This document shows positions 19,826 through 28,954 of a stretch of 64,000 nt of DNA, piece after piece. Origin of the DNA: Candidatus Dormiibacterota bacterium (GTDB lineage: Bacteria > Chloroflexota > Dormibacteria > Aeolococcales > Aeolococcaceae); assembly GCA_963709585.1 (NCBI GenBank), contig CAVPXI010000018.1, forward strand, positions 1-64,000, in the 5' to 3' direction. Below the pieces are notes generated by a model. The model was not told the DNA's origin. It saw only the letters and a program-made list of their open reading frames with translations, and made no database searches. The position numbers and the translations under genes were made by a program. Numbering within the stretch: position 1 is the stretch's first letter; each line of letters begins with the position of its first letter.

Positions 19826-20283
19826 GCCGGTGGATCGGCGCGGTGATGCGCCGCGGCACGTCGCCGGATCGATTGAGCGAACACGCGGTTCGGGAACAGC
19901 GGCTCGACCACATCCGCGATGCCGTCGAGCGATTCACGTATACGCTGGGGTTGCTGATCGCCGGTCACGACCCCGAGGATTCGGCTGACGACGGTCTGAC
20001 TGGCCAGCTCCAGCGCGAGCTCCGACCCTTCCTCGACGCTGGCGATGCGATGCGTCCAGACTTCGGAGCCTTCGGAGACTTACGAATCGAAGGCGAGTTG
20101 CTTCAGGTGTCGATGCCGGTACTGGCGACGCTGGAATTCGATGATCGCTGTGCTCGGGAGACGGTGCAAGGGCGAATGATCCCCGGCCGCGGACGGCGCT
20201 TGCGGGTCACCATGCACGTTGCCGTCGAACCGGTTCACATCATCGACTGCGCAATCTCCGAGGTTCCAGATCGACGTGGTTGA
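19822..20283 (+). CDS. Hypothetical soluble alpha/beta protein
   Basis: Coupled to neighbours (TTGA overlap); helical N-half, beta-strand-like C-half. Confidence 0.6.
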   Translation: MSRWIGAVMRRGTSPDRLSEHAVREQRLDHIRDAVERFTYTLGLLIAGHDPEDSADDGLTGQLQRELRPFLDAGDAMRPDFGAFGDLRIEGELLQVSMPVLATLEFDDRCARETVQGRMIPGRGRRLRVTMHVAVEPVHIIDCAISEVPDRRG

Positions 20284-20875
20284 TCGGACGATCGACCCCG
20301 CCGCGGGCACCACCTCTTTCCCAGAGCGATCCAACCAGACGCTGCCTGTTCCCCTCGGCGGGTTGGCTCCGGTGCACCGACACTCGACAGCGATGAGGCG
20401 CACCTTGCGCCGGCACCGCTCCGTGCCGCTGATGGCACTCGCATTCGCGGCTTCCGGCTCCGGCGTGTTGCTCTCAACCAGTCCGCGTTCCTTCGACGCC
20501 GGCGGAGATGCTGCCGGGGTGCACATCGACGACATGACGCTTGCGCCCGCTGCGCAGCCGGAGTCCGGGACCACGATCTTCACGGGCGCCGCGACACTGG
20601 TGATCGTCGCCCCCTCGCCGCGCACCGAAAGAGCTGGTGCGGTGACGACCTGGAACGGCGTCCCTACGACGGGGCGCTGCGTGCTCACTGACGGGGTTGC
20701 GGTAACCAGCGAGATGTGCGAGTACGAGATGGGTACAGCGCGATTGACCTCCACAGACAGCTATACCGCCGCGACGAGAACCTGGCATCGACGCTATAGC
20801 GACGGCGTCGAGATCACCATAGCGGTCCCCACCGGCAGCGAAGTGATCCCTATCCCGTTCCCGCTGGGGCGCTGA
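20276..20875 (+). CDS. Bitopic/secreted hypothetical protein
   Basis: Basic stretch plus hydrophobic segment, Thr-rich beta domain with two Cys; start uncertain. Confidence 0.6.
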   Translation: MVDRTIDPAAGTTSFPERSNQTLPVPLGGLAPVHRHSTAMRRTLRRHRSVPLMALAFAASGSGVLLSTSPRSFDAGGDAAGVHIDDMTLAPAAQPESGTTIFTGAATLVIVAPSPRTERAGAVTTWNGVPTTGRCVLTDGVAVTSEMCEYEMGTARLTSTDSYTAATRTWHRRYSDGVEITIAVPTGSEVIPIPFPLGR

Positions 20876-20951
20876 TCGAGCGGGGCATCGCGCAATTTGA
20901 GGTCATTGTCCCAATACCGTCCGGCGTGAGGATGCATCCTGCAAGTGACTG

Positions 20952-22721
20952 ATGGCTGCAGCTCCCTGGGATCGATATCAACCGTGGCGGGATATCGGTA
21001 CCAGCGGTGCGCTCATCGTGCTCTGGATCGTCCCATGGCTCGTCCTCACGGCGGCCACCTGGATCGCGGGCGGTCATCCGAGCGTGTCACCTGTCGCGTT
21101 TATCAATCCAGGCGACATGATTCGTCGCATCTGGTCAGTGAACGGGCCGTTTCAGTGGTGGGTGCTTGTGGCACCGACGTCCACCGTTGTCGCTTGGCGA
21201 TTTTGGGCCAGTCTTGCTCTTATGATCGCTGCTGCCGGAGTTGGCACTGCCGGCGTCAGAATCCAGATTGCCCAAATACGACGCGGCAGGTTCAGACAGT
21301 TCCTCCCTGCTGACCGCGGGGTCGTTCGTGTGGCGCACTGGGCTCGGGCTGTGGACCTCCGGTCGCTGCGTGGGCGCCCCGGTCACGACGGCGTATTTCT
21401 GCTTGGCAAATTCGGACGCCGGCTGCTGGTGAGTCAGCCGGAAACGAGCGTTCTAGTGATCGGACCCACCAGGTCAGGGAAGACCGCCGGGTTGGTCATT
21501 CCGAATCTCCTCGACTGGGATGGCCCCGCCATTGCGACCAGCACCAAGAGCGAACTGGTGGATCTCACTGCAGGCCGTCGGCAGTCGCTAGGCCCCGTAC
21601 ACGTCTATGACCCGACAGGGGAGATCGGGGACGGCTTCCGCACGGTCACGTGGTCTCCAATCGCTGGTTGCGAAGACCTCGATCGTGCCTGGATGGTGGC
21701 ATCGTGGCTGTGTGCCTCGTTACAGCAGGGAGGGGGGCGCGGCGACAACGATTGGTCGCACTGGGCTGAATCAGGGAAATTGCTGATCGCGCCGCTCCTC
21801 TACGCCGCCGCGATCACGGGTCGCACCATCATCGACGTGCGGACCTGGATTCACGGATTCGACATCGCGACACCGATCAGCCTCCTGGAAGAAATGCTGC
21901 TTGATCCTACGGCTCTGGCGGATGCCGACCCCATTCGCGCCATGTCGATGCTCGCCTCAGTTGATCAGCGACCGGAGCGTGAGCGCGGGACGGTCTTCTC
22001 GACGGTGATGCGCATCTTCAATGTCTTCACTGAACGAGCGGTCGCGGAATCAGCACTGTCGAGCCGCTTCGATGCCGATGACTTCCTCCGTGGCCGCGGC
22101 ACCCTCTACCTCTGCACGCCGAGGCAGACACCGGAGCGAGTTGCGAGCCTCTTCGTCGGCATCCTCATGACGGTGGTAACGTCCGCATACGCGCGATCGG
22201 AGCGGAACGCGGAGTGGCCGAAAACGGGCAGCCTTGGCCTGTTTCTTGACGAGCTGGCAAATGTTGTGCCCATCGAAGACCTCCCGGCGCTCGCCTCCCA
22301 GGGCGCCGGGCGCGGCGTGATGTTGATGTCAATTGTTCAGGATTTGAGTCAGCTCCGGGCGCGCTATGGCGTGGACAGGGCCAACACCATCTTGAACAAT
22401 CATGGCTGCAAGGTCATTCTTCCAGGAATCAGTGATCCCGAGACTGCGGATGTGCTCGGCAAGCTAGTCGGCCGTACAGCCTATACCGAGCAGCAGTTGA
22501 GTGTCGGCGCGGATGGACGGGTGAGCCGTTCGTATTCGATTCGACACGATGCGATGGCGACTCCTGACGCGTTGCGACAGCTGGCGGCCGGTAGCGCTAT
22601 CGTGATCCACAGAGACAGTCCGCCTGCGTTCGTGAGCCTGCCGTACTGGTTCCGGAGTGCGCGTTATCGAAAGCTCGTCAAAGTTCCGTATTTCCGGGCT
22701 GCCGAGCACGTCCCGCGCTGA
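20952..22721 (+). CDS. virD4: VirD4/TraG type IV coupling protein
   Basis: N-terminal TMs, GPTRSGKT, TSTK, FLDELAN, QDLSQLRARYG. Confidence 0.92.
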   Translation: MAAAPWDRYQPWRDIGTSGALIVLWIVPWLVLTAATWIAGGHPSVSPVAFINPGDMIRRIWSVNGPFQWWVLVAPTSTVVAWRFWASLALMIAAAGVGTAGVRIQIAQIRRGRFRQFLPADRGVVRVAHWARAVDLRSLRGRPGHDGVFLLGKFGRRLLVSQPETSVLVIGPTRSGKTAGLVIPNLLDWDGPAIATSTKSELVDLTAGRRQSLGPVHVYDPTGEIGDGFRTVTWSPIAGCEDLDRAWMVASWLCASLQQGGGRGDNDWSHWAESGKLLIAPLLYAAAITGRTIIDVRTWIHGFDIATPISLLEEMLLDPTALADADPIRAMSMLASVDQRPERERGTVFSTVMRIFNVFTERAVAESALSSRFDADDFLRGRGTLYLCTPRQTPERVASLFVGILMTVVTSAYARSERNAEWPKTGSLGLFLDELANVVPIEDLPALASQGAGRGVMLMSIVQDLSQLRARYGVDRANTILNNHGCKVILPGISDPETADVLGKLVGRTAYTEQQLSVGADGRVSRSYSIRHDAMATPDALRQLAAGSAIVIHRDSPPAFVSLPYWFRSARYRKLVKVPYFRAAEHVPR

Positions 22722-22756
22722 CCATCATTGACTTGCCGAAGTAGACCGACAGTCGC

Positions 22757-23776
22757 TCAGTCCGGTTCGCGAGCCGCCAGCGCAAGCATGTCGTCCGCGA
22801 GTTGATCGAATGTCGAAGGCAGGAAACCACGCATTATCATCACGCGCACTCGGTCGGCGAGCCACTCGACGCTGTGACGGTCATGTGCGGCACTGTCCAC
22901 GATCTCCTCGACGGACCCCGAGGACCGTTGCAGACGATTGCGCACAAGCAGCTTCAGCTGAGGTAGCACCGCTTCGACCTGCGTTGGCTCTCGGTGGCCT
23001 GAACGGTCGACACGAGTTGGCTCAAATTGATCCGAGTCGTCGCGGTGCAGGCCGAACAGTGCCGACAGGGTTGCGTTCGGATCGTCGGCCTGTTCCGTCA
23101 TGGGATTTGTCAGAGGCTGCACAACGACGGCGGGCCGCTGCGCTTCCATCTTCGGTGCTGTACGAGCCGGCGGCGCCGATTGCAAGGCCGAACCCACCCC
23201 TGGGTCGACGAGGATTCGAATGGTCCCGACGCCGCTCGCCGCGAGGTCATCGAGGAGATCCGGGGTGCCCAGGGTCGGGTGGGACTCGGCAAACGTCGCA
23301 ATCTGCCGCCCGTTTTGAATGACAGTGACTCCCCGGCCGGTCGTCACCTCCAGCTCGACTACGAACGTTCCGCCGCGCTCGCGAAAATCATGGAGCAACT
23401 GTGGCCAGACCACCCACTCGAGGCGGAGGTCGGCGTAGCAGGGAGCGCCTCGGATGAGCGGCCCAAGCAGATCCATCGCCTCGTCGGAGAGGCGGCACGC
23501 CGACACCGTCGCGGAGTGGGCCCCGCGGATCAGCGTGAGCGCCGGGTCACCGTTGCTTCGGACGCCATCGGCGACCCACACCGTCTCGGAGACGACGCCA
23601 TCGCGGACGACGAGGATGCCCTCACGCTCACCATCGCGCACGGTGATCACCCCATTGCCGACCGCAGGCGCCAGCGCATCGAGCACCAGAGCGCCGATGG
23701 GAAGCGCGTCGAACATCGTCGCGCCCACCGGGAGAAGCGGCAGCGACCAATCCCTTCCCAACTCGCCAATCATCAC
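22757..23776 (-). CDS. Hypothetical protein with two PATAN/DUF4388-like repeats
   Basis: GVITVRDGEREGILVVRDG and FVVELEVTTGRGVTVIQNG repeats, Pro-rich linker, helical C-terminus. Confidence 0.55.
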   Translation of the reverse strand: MMIGELGRDWSLPLLPVGATMFDALPIGALVLDALAPAVGNGVITVRDGEREGILVVRDGVVSETVWVADGVRSNGDPALTLIRGAHSATVSACRLSDEAMDLLGPLIRGAPCYADLRLEWVVWPQLLHDFRERGGTFVVELEVTTGRGVTVIQNGRQIATFAESHPTLGTPDLLDDLAASGVGTIRILVDPGVGSALQSAPPARTAPKMEAQRPAVVVQPLTNPMTEQADDPNATLSALFGLHRDDSDQFEPTRVDRSGHREPTQVEAVLPQLKLLVRNRLQRSSGSVEEIVDSAAHDRHSVEWLADRVRVMIMRGFLPSTFDQLADDMLALAAREPD

Positions 23777-23877
23777 GATCCAGTATGCGGCTCCTGAGGC
23801 CGCATCCGCCCGGTCCGACGCGGACGGATGGCGGACGTCCCTCCAACGCGCGGAAGCAAACTGCTAGGGTCCCAGCC

Positions 23878-24657
23878 ATGAATCTGGGGCTTCGCGGTCG
23901 CGCCGCGTTCGTGGCAGCGTCGAGCAAGGGCATGGGGCGTGCCATCGCCGAACAGTTCGCCGCCGAGGGCGCTGACGTTGGCATGTGCGCCCGCTCGGAC
24001 GCCACATTGCATAAAGCCGCCGACGCGGCGCGCACGCACGGCGGTCGCGTCGTGGCCACTATCGCGGACGTCGCCGACCCCGAGCAGACGAGGATCGCTG
24101 TCGAGCGCAGCGTGACCGAATTCGGGAGGCTCGACGCGCTGGTCGTCAACGCCGGCGGTCCACCGCGAGCCTCCTTCGCAGACCTCGACGACCAGGCGTG
24201 GGAGACTGCGCATCGACTCACCTTCATGAGTGCCGTCCACCTGGTCCAGGCGGCGCTGCCGGCACTCGAAGTCAGTCGGACTCAGCGGCCATCCTCTTCA
24301 TCACCTCGACCAGCGTCAAACAGCCGATCAACGGGTTGACCCTGAGCAACAGCATTCGCGGCGCCGTCAGCGGTCTTGCCAAGACGCTTTCCAACGAGCT
24401 TGCGCCACACATCCGCGTCAACTCGCTGCTTCCGGGCTCGATCAGGACCGATCGGCAGATCGAGCTGGCGCGTGCCTCCGGGGTGACCGACCTCGACGCG
24501 TTCTTCGCACGTGCCGGCGCGATCAACCCCCTCGGCCGAGTTCGGTGAACCCGACGAGATCGCTCGCGTCGCCGTGTTCCTCTGCTCTCCAGCAGCATCA
24601 TTCGTCACCGGCGTGTCGCTCGCCGTCGACGGCGGCCAGATCCAGTCGGTCGTCTGA
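23878..24657 (+). CDS. SDR oxidoreductase (apparent frameshifts near 24275 and 24541)
   Basis: [37 protein letters not shown]...SFVTG...VDGG. Confidence 0.88.
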
Positions 24658-24672
24658 CTCGAGGCGTGCAAG

Positions 24673-25641
24673 TCAACAGGTCGTCGTCGTGCTCAGGATG
24701 GCGAGGATGTTGGGTAAGTTGAAGAGCGCATGCGTGAGGATCCCGGGAACGATGCTCCGCGATCCTTGGTACAGCGAGGCGAGCACCAGGCCGACGAAGA
24801 AGAGCGGCAGGAACAGCACCAGTTGTTGGTGCACCGCCGAGAAGATCGCGGCACTAAGCGGAATCGCGAACACAGCCGGCCCCCAGCGATGGAGCCACCC
24901 GTAGATGAAGCCGCGAAAGATGGTTTCCTCGGAGATCGGCGCGATCACACAGACCACGATGATCGCGAGCGCGTAATAGTGGCTGTAGTCGTGCTGGACC
25001 TCATGGCACTGTCCGTTGCTCACCCCCGGGAACAGATTCTGGTTGATGGTCTGCAGATAGCTCGCTCCCACAAGCGCGACGTAGGTGGCGACGGGCGCTA
25101 GCGGAAGCCACCACCATTTGAATCCGCGCCACCCGAGATCGCGTAGCGTCCCGCCCCGGCGCATGAACGCGAGCACGAAGATGTTGAAGAGCATGCCGCC
25201 GTACTGGCACACCGCCAGCACCGACGACTCGATTGCGTTGCGCACCGTGGGATCGGAGTTGCTGGCTATCAGGTTGGTGAGGATCACCGCCACCGAACCG
25301 AGCAGCTGAAAAGCGCTGAACCATCCCGGCCAGAACATGACGAAGTCCGTCCAGTCCCACGGCACCTTCGGGTTCGGGTCAGTCGGGTCGCGGATGACGG
25401 GCAGGTCGTGTCGCATCCGGGTGGCGCCGACGCCGAGGATCACGACTCCGACGATGCACAGGCCTCCGCCACCGGCCACGGTCAGCAGGTCGCTCCCTTC
25501 GGCGCCACTGAAGAAGCCGAACGAGATGAGCACCAGAAAGGCCGCTTCCATGTAGAGGATGACCCGCGCGGCGTAATGGCGTCCACTGTCGGCCTGGTGC
25601 GGTGGCACGGCTGCCTGCGCTGGCGTCTGGGACTGAGTCAC
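24673..25641 (-). CDS. CPBP (CAAX/Abi) intramembrane metalloprotease
   Basis: EETIFRG, FSAVH, HALFN motifs. Confidence 0.9.
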   Translation of the reverse strand: MTQSQTPAQAAVPPHQADSGRHYAARVILYMEAAFLVLISFGFFSGAEGSDLLTVAGGGGLCIVGVVILGVGATRMRHDLPVIRDPTDPNPKVPWDWTDFVMFWPGWFSAFQLLGSVAVILTNLIASNSDPTVRNAIESSVLAVCQYGGMLFNIFVLAFMRRGGTLRDLGWRGFKWWWLPLAPVATYVALVGASYLQTINQNLFPGVSNGQCHEVQHDYSHYYALAIIVVCVIAPISEETIFRGFIYGWLHRWGPAVFAIPLSAAIFSAVHQQLVLFLPLFFVGLVLASLYQGSRSIVPGILTHALFNLPNILAILSTTTTC

Positions 25642-25668
25642 CGCGGGCAATTCTGCACAATCCATCCC

Positions 25669-26799
25669 GTGACCACGCTGGACTCGGTGATCGGCCACGG
25701 CCCCGTCCTCCAGCGTCTAGTGGCGAGCGGGGTCGATGAGGAGCTCACCCACGCGCTGCTGCTCATCGGGCCAGAGGGCGTCGGCAAGACCACGGCCGCG
25801 CTCGCGCTCGCCGGCGAGTTGCTCGACGCGTCGAATTGGCCGGGAGGGCTCGAAGCCCATCCCGACTTCTGGCTCGAGGACTCGGCAGCCGAGAACGTCG
25901 GCATCGACCGGATGCGGCCGTCGCCGAAGCGCAAACCCGGTGACGAGGAGGCGGGGCCGTCGCTCCAGCAGTTCCTCTCGCTCTCCGCGTACGCCGGTGG
26001 CCGGCGCGTCGCCCTGATCGCACGCGCCGACCGTCTCACCGAGCAAGCCGCCGACAACGTGCTCAAGACCCTCGAGGAACCGCCGCCGCGCACCCACCTG
26101 CTGCTCACCTCGGCGCATCCGGAACAGCTTCCTCAGACGGTGCGTTCCCGGTGCGAGACCGTCGTGCTCGGCCCCGTGTCGCGAGCGGCGATCGAGGTCT
26201 GGCTCCAGCGCGTCCACGGGGTGAGCGAGCGCGACGCCTCCACCGCCGCGTCGCTCGCGGCGGGCCGCCCGGGGCGGGCGCTGCGCCTCGCCACCGAGCC
26301 GGGTGCGCTCGAGGGCGAGCTCGACGCGCTCGATCGATTCATTGGCGCGGGTGGTCGGGGCGCCGAGGGGGCGCTTCGTGCCGCGGCCCTGGTCACCGTG
26401 GCCGCCGCAGCGGGTACCGAGCGCAGCGCAGAGGTCCGTGAACAGGCGCTGGTCACGCTGGGTGCGTGGGCGTCATTCGTGCGCGACGCGGCCTGCTTCG
26501 CCTCGGGCGCCCCCGAACTCGCCGTCTGGAAGGCCTACCGCCCGGCGCTCGAGGCCTGGGCGCAAGACCTCGACCTCACCCGCATCGTCGAGATCCTGGC
26601 CCGCATCCTTGAGACCGCCGAATCGGTTGCCATGTATGCGCAGCCCCGCCTCGCTTTCGAGGCGCTCATGCTCGAGATCTTCGCCGGCTCCAACAGCCCG
26701 CCGCTCGTGGAGCTCGCTCCTCGGGGTGGGCTGGAGGTCAGCGCCGGCGGCGCAGCACGAGGAAAGCCACGCCGATCCCCACCAGCGCGGCGGGGATGA
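25669..26799 (+). CDS. holB: DNA polymerase III subunit delta'
   Basis: VIGH, HALLLIGPEGVGK, HPD, LKTLEEPP, TVRSRC. Confidence 0.85.
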   Translation: MTTLDSVIGHGPVLQRLVASGVDEELTHALLLIGPEGVGKTTAALALAGELLDASNWPGGLEAHPDFWLEDSAAENVGIDRMRPSPKRKPGDEEAGPSLQQFLSLSAYAGGRRVALIARADRLTEQAADNVLKTLEEPPPRTHLLLTSAHPEQLPQTVRSRCETVVLGPVSRAAIEVWLQRVHGVSERDASTAASLAAGRPGRALRLATEPGALEGELDALDRFIGAGGRGAEGALRAAALVTVAAAAGTERSAEVREQALVTLGAWASFVRDAACFASGAPELAVWKAYRPALEAWAQDLDLTRIVEILARILETAESVAMYAQPRLAFEALMLEIFAGSNSPPLVELAPRGGLEVSAGGAARGKPRRSPPARRG

Positions 26800-26974
26800 T
26801 CCACGGGCTCTTGGCCGCAATCGAGGAGATCCGTTGACCGATCCCGGCCTCGGCATCGTCGTCGATCTCGAACGGATCCTCGGTCATCAGTCGGACGGTG
26901 CCGGCGACGCGGCGCGGGCTTTCCTCCTCACCCTCGACGGTGTCGTCGTGGCGAGCCGGTTCTGGAGTGGGCAT
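26738..26974 (-). CDS. Small tail-anchored membrane protein (78 aa)
   Basis: Acidic N-terminus, C-terminal TM ending RRRR; CATAAT 6 nt upstream of ATG. Confidence 0.55.
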   Translation of the reverse strand: MPTPEPARHDDTVEGEEESPRRVAGTVRLMTEDPFEIDDDAEAGIGQRISSIAAKSPWIIPAALVGIGVAFLVLRRRR

Positions 26975-27157
26975 CCGCGCATTATGGGCCGCTTCACCAC
27001 GCTCACCGGAGACCCTTCGCACCGGTGGAACCGACCACGCGAAGCGACCTGGGGCCGGGACCGGGCGAGATTGCGGGCGAACCCTACGGCACGAGGCGCA
27101 CCTATTCTGGTGTGGTGATCGGAACCGCTCGTCGCTCGCGGAGGTCGCCACCGCGTC

Positions 27158-27410
27158 GTGACTGAAACCACCATGCTCGATCTCAGCGGCTCGGAGGAGT
27201 TGTGCACCGAGCCGGGTGCGCTGGAGCGAGTGCGCAGGGCGTACGCGCGAACTCGAGCCCGGCGGTCGCCTTGACGTCCGTTCTCCGGTCGCCGAGCACG
27301 CCTTCGCGGTGCGCCAGTGGAGCCGCAAGAACAATGTCAAGCTGATAGTGGACGAGACGTCGGAAGGATTCCGCCATCTCGTCCTCGAGGCACCAGCGGC
27401 GAGCGCGTGA
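27158..27410 (+). CDS. TusA/SirA-like sulfur-carrier protein (apparent frameshift near 27251)
   Basis: GGAGG RBS; repaired LDLSGSEELCTEP...ARLEPGGRLDV...VRQWSRKNN matches the TusA pattern. Confidence 0.6.
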
Positions 27411-28705
27411 CGCCGAGGCATCTGCCCGAGGGATTTCTCCTGGGCTGCGCCACCGCGGCGCATCAGGTCGAGGGCGGCATCGACAACGACTGGTCGCGGT
27501 GGGTGGCGGATCATCCCGAGGCGGTTACCGGGGGAGGCGACGCCGAGATCGCGATCGATCAGTACCGGCGCTACCGTGAGGATCTCGAACAGCTCGGGTC
27601 GATGCACCACAACGCGCATCGCTTTTCTGTGGAGTGGGCTCGCGTCGAACCGGAGCCCGGGAGGTTCGACCCGGACGCGCTCGCTCACTACGCGGACGTC
27701 GTCCGCACCTGCCGGCGGCACGGCATGGAGCCGGTGGTCACGTTGCACCACTTCACATTCCCGGTGTGGCTCGCGGAGTCCGGTGGTTTCGCGGCTCCCG
27801 AGGCGCCGGTTCGTTTTGCCCGGTACGCCGCCGCGTGCGTGGAAGCCCTGGGCGACATGGTGACGTGGTGGGTCACGGTCAACGAGCCCACCGTGGTCGC
27901 GGTTCTCGGACATCTCGAAGGGCAGTGGCCGCCGGGCGAACGCTCACTGCGCCGCACCATCGCCGCGATGCGCGGTCTCCTGCGCATGCACGCTGCGGCA
28001 GCTCACGCGATCACAACCGTCTCGAGGCGTCACGGACGGCCCGCGCAGGTCTCGATCGCCCATCACGAGCGCCCCCTCGTGCCGCGCGATGCGTCATCGT
28101 CGATGGATCGAGCGATCGCGAAAGCGCCCGACTACCTTTTCAACCGCTGGTTTCTGCGCAGCTGCGTCGCGGGCCGCATGCTCGCTCCGGTCGGCCACGG
28201 TGAGGTGGTGCCCGGCCTCGCGGATTCGCTCACCTACCTGGGGCTGAACCACTACACGAGCGAGGCGGTGTCGTTCGACCTGGGAGCGCCCGGAATGCTC
28301 TTCGCCAGGCATGAGGCGATGCCGGACCTGCCCCTCTCGAGTGCGGGCTGGGCAATCGACGCGGGCGCGCTTCGACAGGCGCTCATCAATCTTTGGCATG
28401 ACTTCGCTCTTCCGATCCTGATCACCGAGAACGGCGTGGCCGACGACCACGACGAGTTGCGCCCCGCGTTTCTTCGTGATCATCTCGGCGCCGTGGTCGA
28501 TGCGATCGACGCCGGCGTCGACGTTCGAGGCTATCTGTACTGGACGGCGTGGGACAACTTCGAGTGGGCCGAGGGATACACCCAGCGCTTTGGACTCTTC
28601 GCTGTCGACCGCGAGACCCAGGAACGGATTGCCAAACCGAGCGCTGCGGTGTTCGCGGAGATCTGCAGGACTCGTGCGGTGCCCGTAGCCGCGTCCACTG
28701 GGTGA
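27407..28705 (+). CDS. Glycoside hydrolase family 1 (beta-glucosidase)
   Basis: ATAAHQVEG, TVNEP, ITENG, WDNFEWAEG. Confidence 0.93.
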   Translation: MTPRHLPEGFLLGCATAAHQVEGGIDNDWSRWVADHPEAVTGGGDAEIAIDQYRRYREDLEQLGSMHHNAHRFSVEWARVEPEPGRFDPDALAHYADVVRTCRRHGMEPVVTLHHFTFPVWLAESGGFAAPEAPVRFARYAAACVEALGDMVTWWVTVNEPTVVAVLGHLEGQWPPGERSLRRTIAAMRGLLRMHAAAAHAITTVSRRHGRPAQVSIAHHERPLVPRDASSSMDRAIAKAPDYLFNRWFLRSCVAGRMLAPVGHGEVVPGLADSLTYLGLNHYTSEAVSFDLGAPGMLFARHEAMPDLPLSSAGWAIDAGALRQALINLWHDFALPILITENGVADDHDELRPAFLRDHLGAVVDAIDAGVDVRGYLYWTAWDNFEWAEGYTQRFGLFAVDRETQERIAKPSAAVFAEICRTRAVPVAASTG

Positions 28706-28750
28706 CCGGCAGCCGGCAGGGCGCGCACGGATCGGGCCCGGGCGTGGAGT

Positions 28751-28774
28751 GGAGGCACGCTCACGCGTGCCTCC
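28751..28774. terminator. Perfect 10-bp hairpin between convergent genes
   Basis: GGAGGCACGC-tcac-GCGTGCCTCC; no U-tract. Confidence 0.45.
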
Positions 28775-28792
28775 GCACGCTGGACGGCCGCA

Positions 28793-28939
28793 TCAGCTGC
28801 GGTCGCGGCGATCGGACCATGCGTTGAACGCGGTCGCGACTCGCTGCAGGACTGTGCGATTCGAGCATCCGTGCTCGGCACAGAAGACGCGCCGGCGCTC
28901 GATGGAGCGAGCCAGCTCGATGTTCTGCAAGTTGGTCAT
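28793..28939 (-). CDS. Small protein, 48 aa (MTNLQNIELARSIERRRVFCAEHGCSNR...)
   Basis: Strong AAGGAGGT RBS; immediately downstream of the ArsR-type regulator. Confidence 0.6.
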   Translation of the reverse strand: MTNLQNIELARSIERRRVFCAEHGCSNRTVLQRVATAFNAWSDRRDRS

Positions 28940-28954
28940 CTCGTCTACCTCCTT

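Noticed and set aside
7908-22721. Calling the locus an ICE or prophage
   Set aside because: No integrase, relaxase, att repeats, tRNA target or phage genes are visible in the window.
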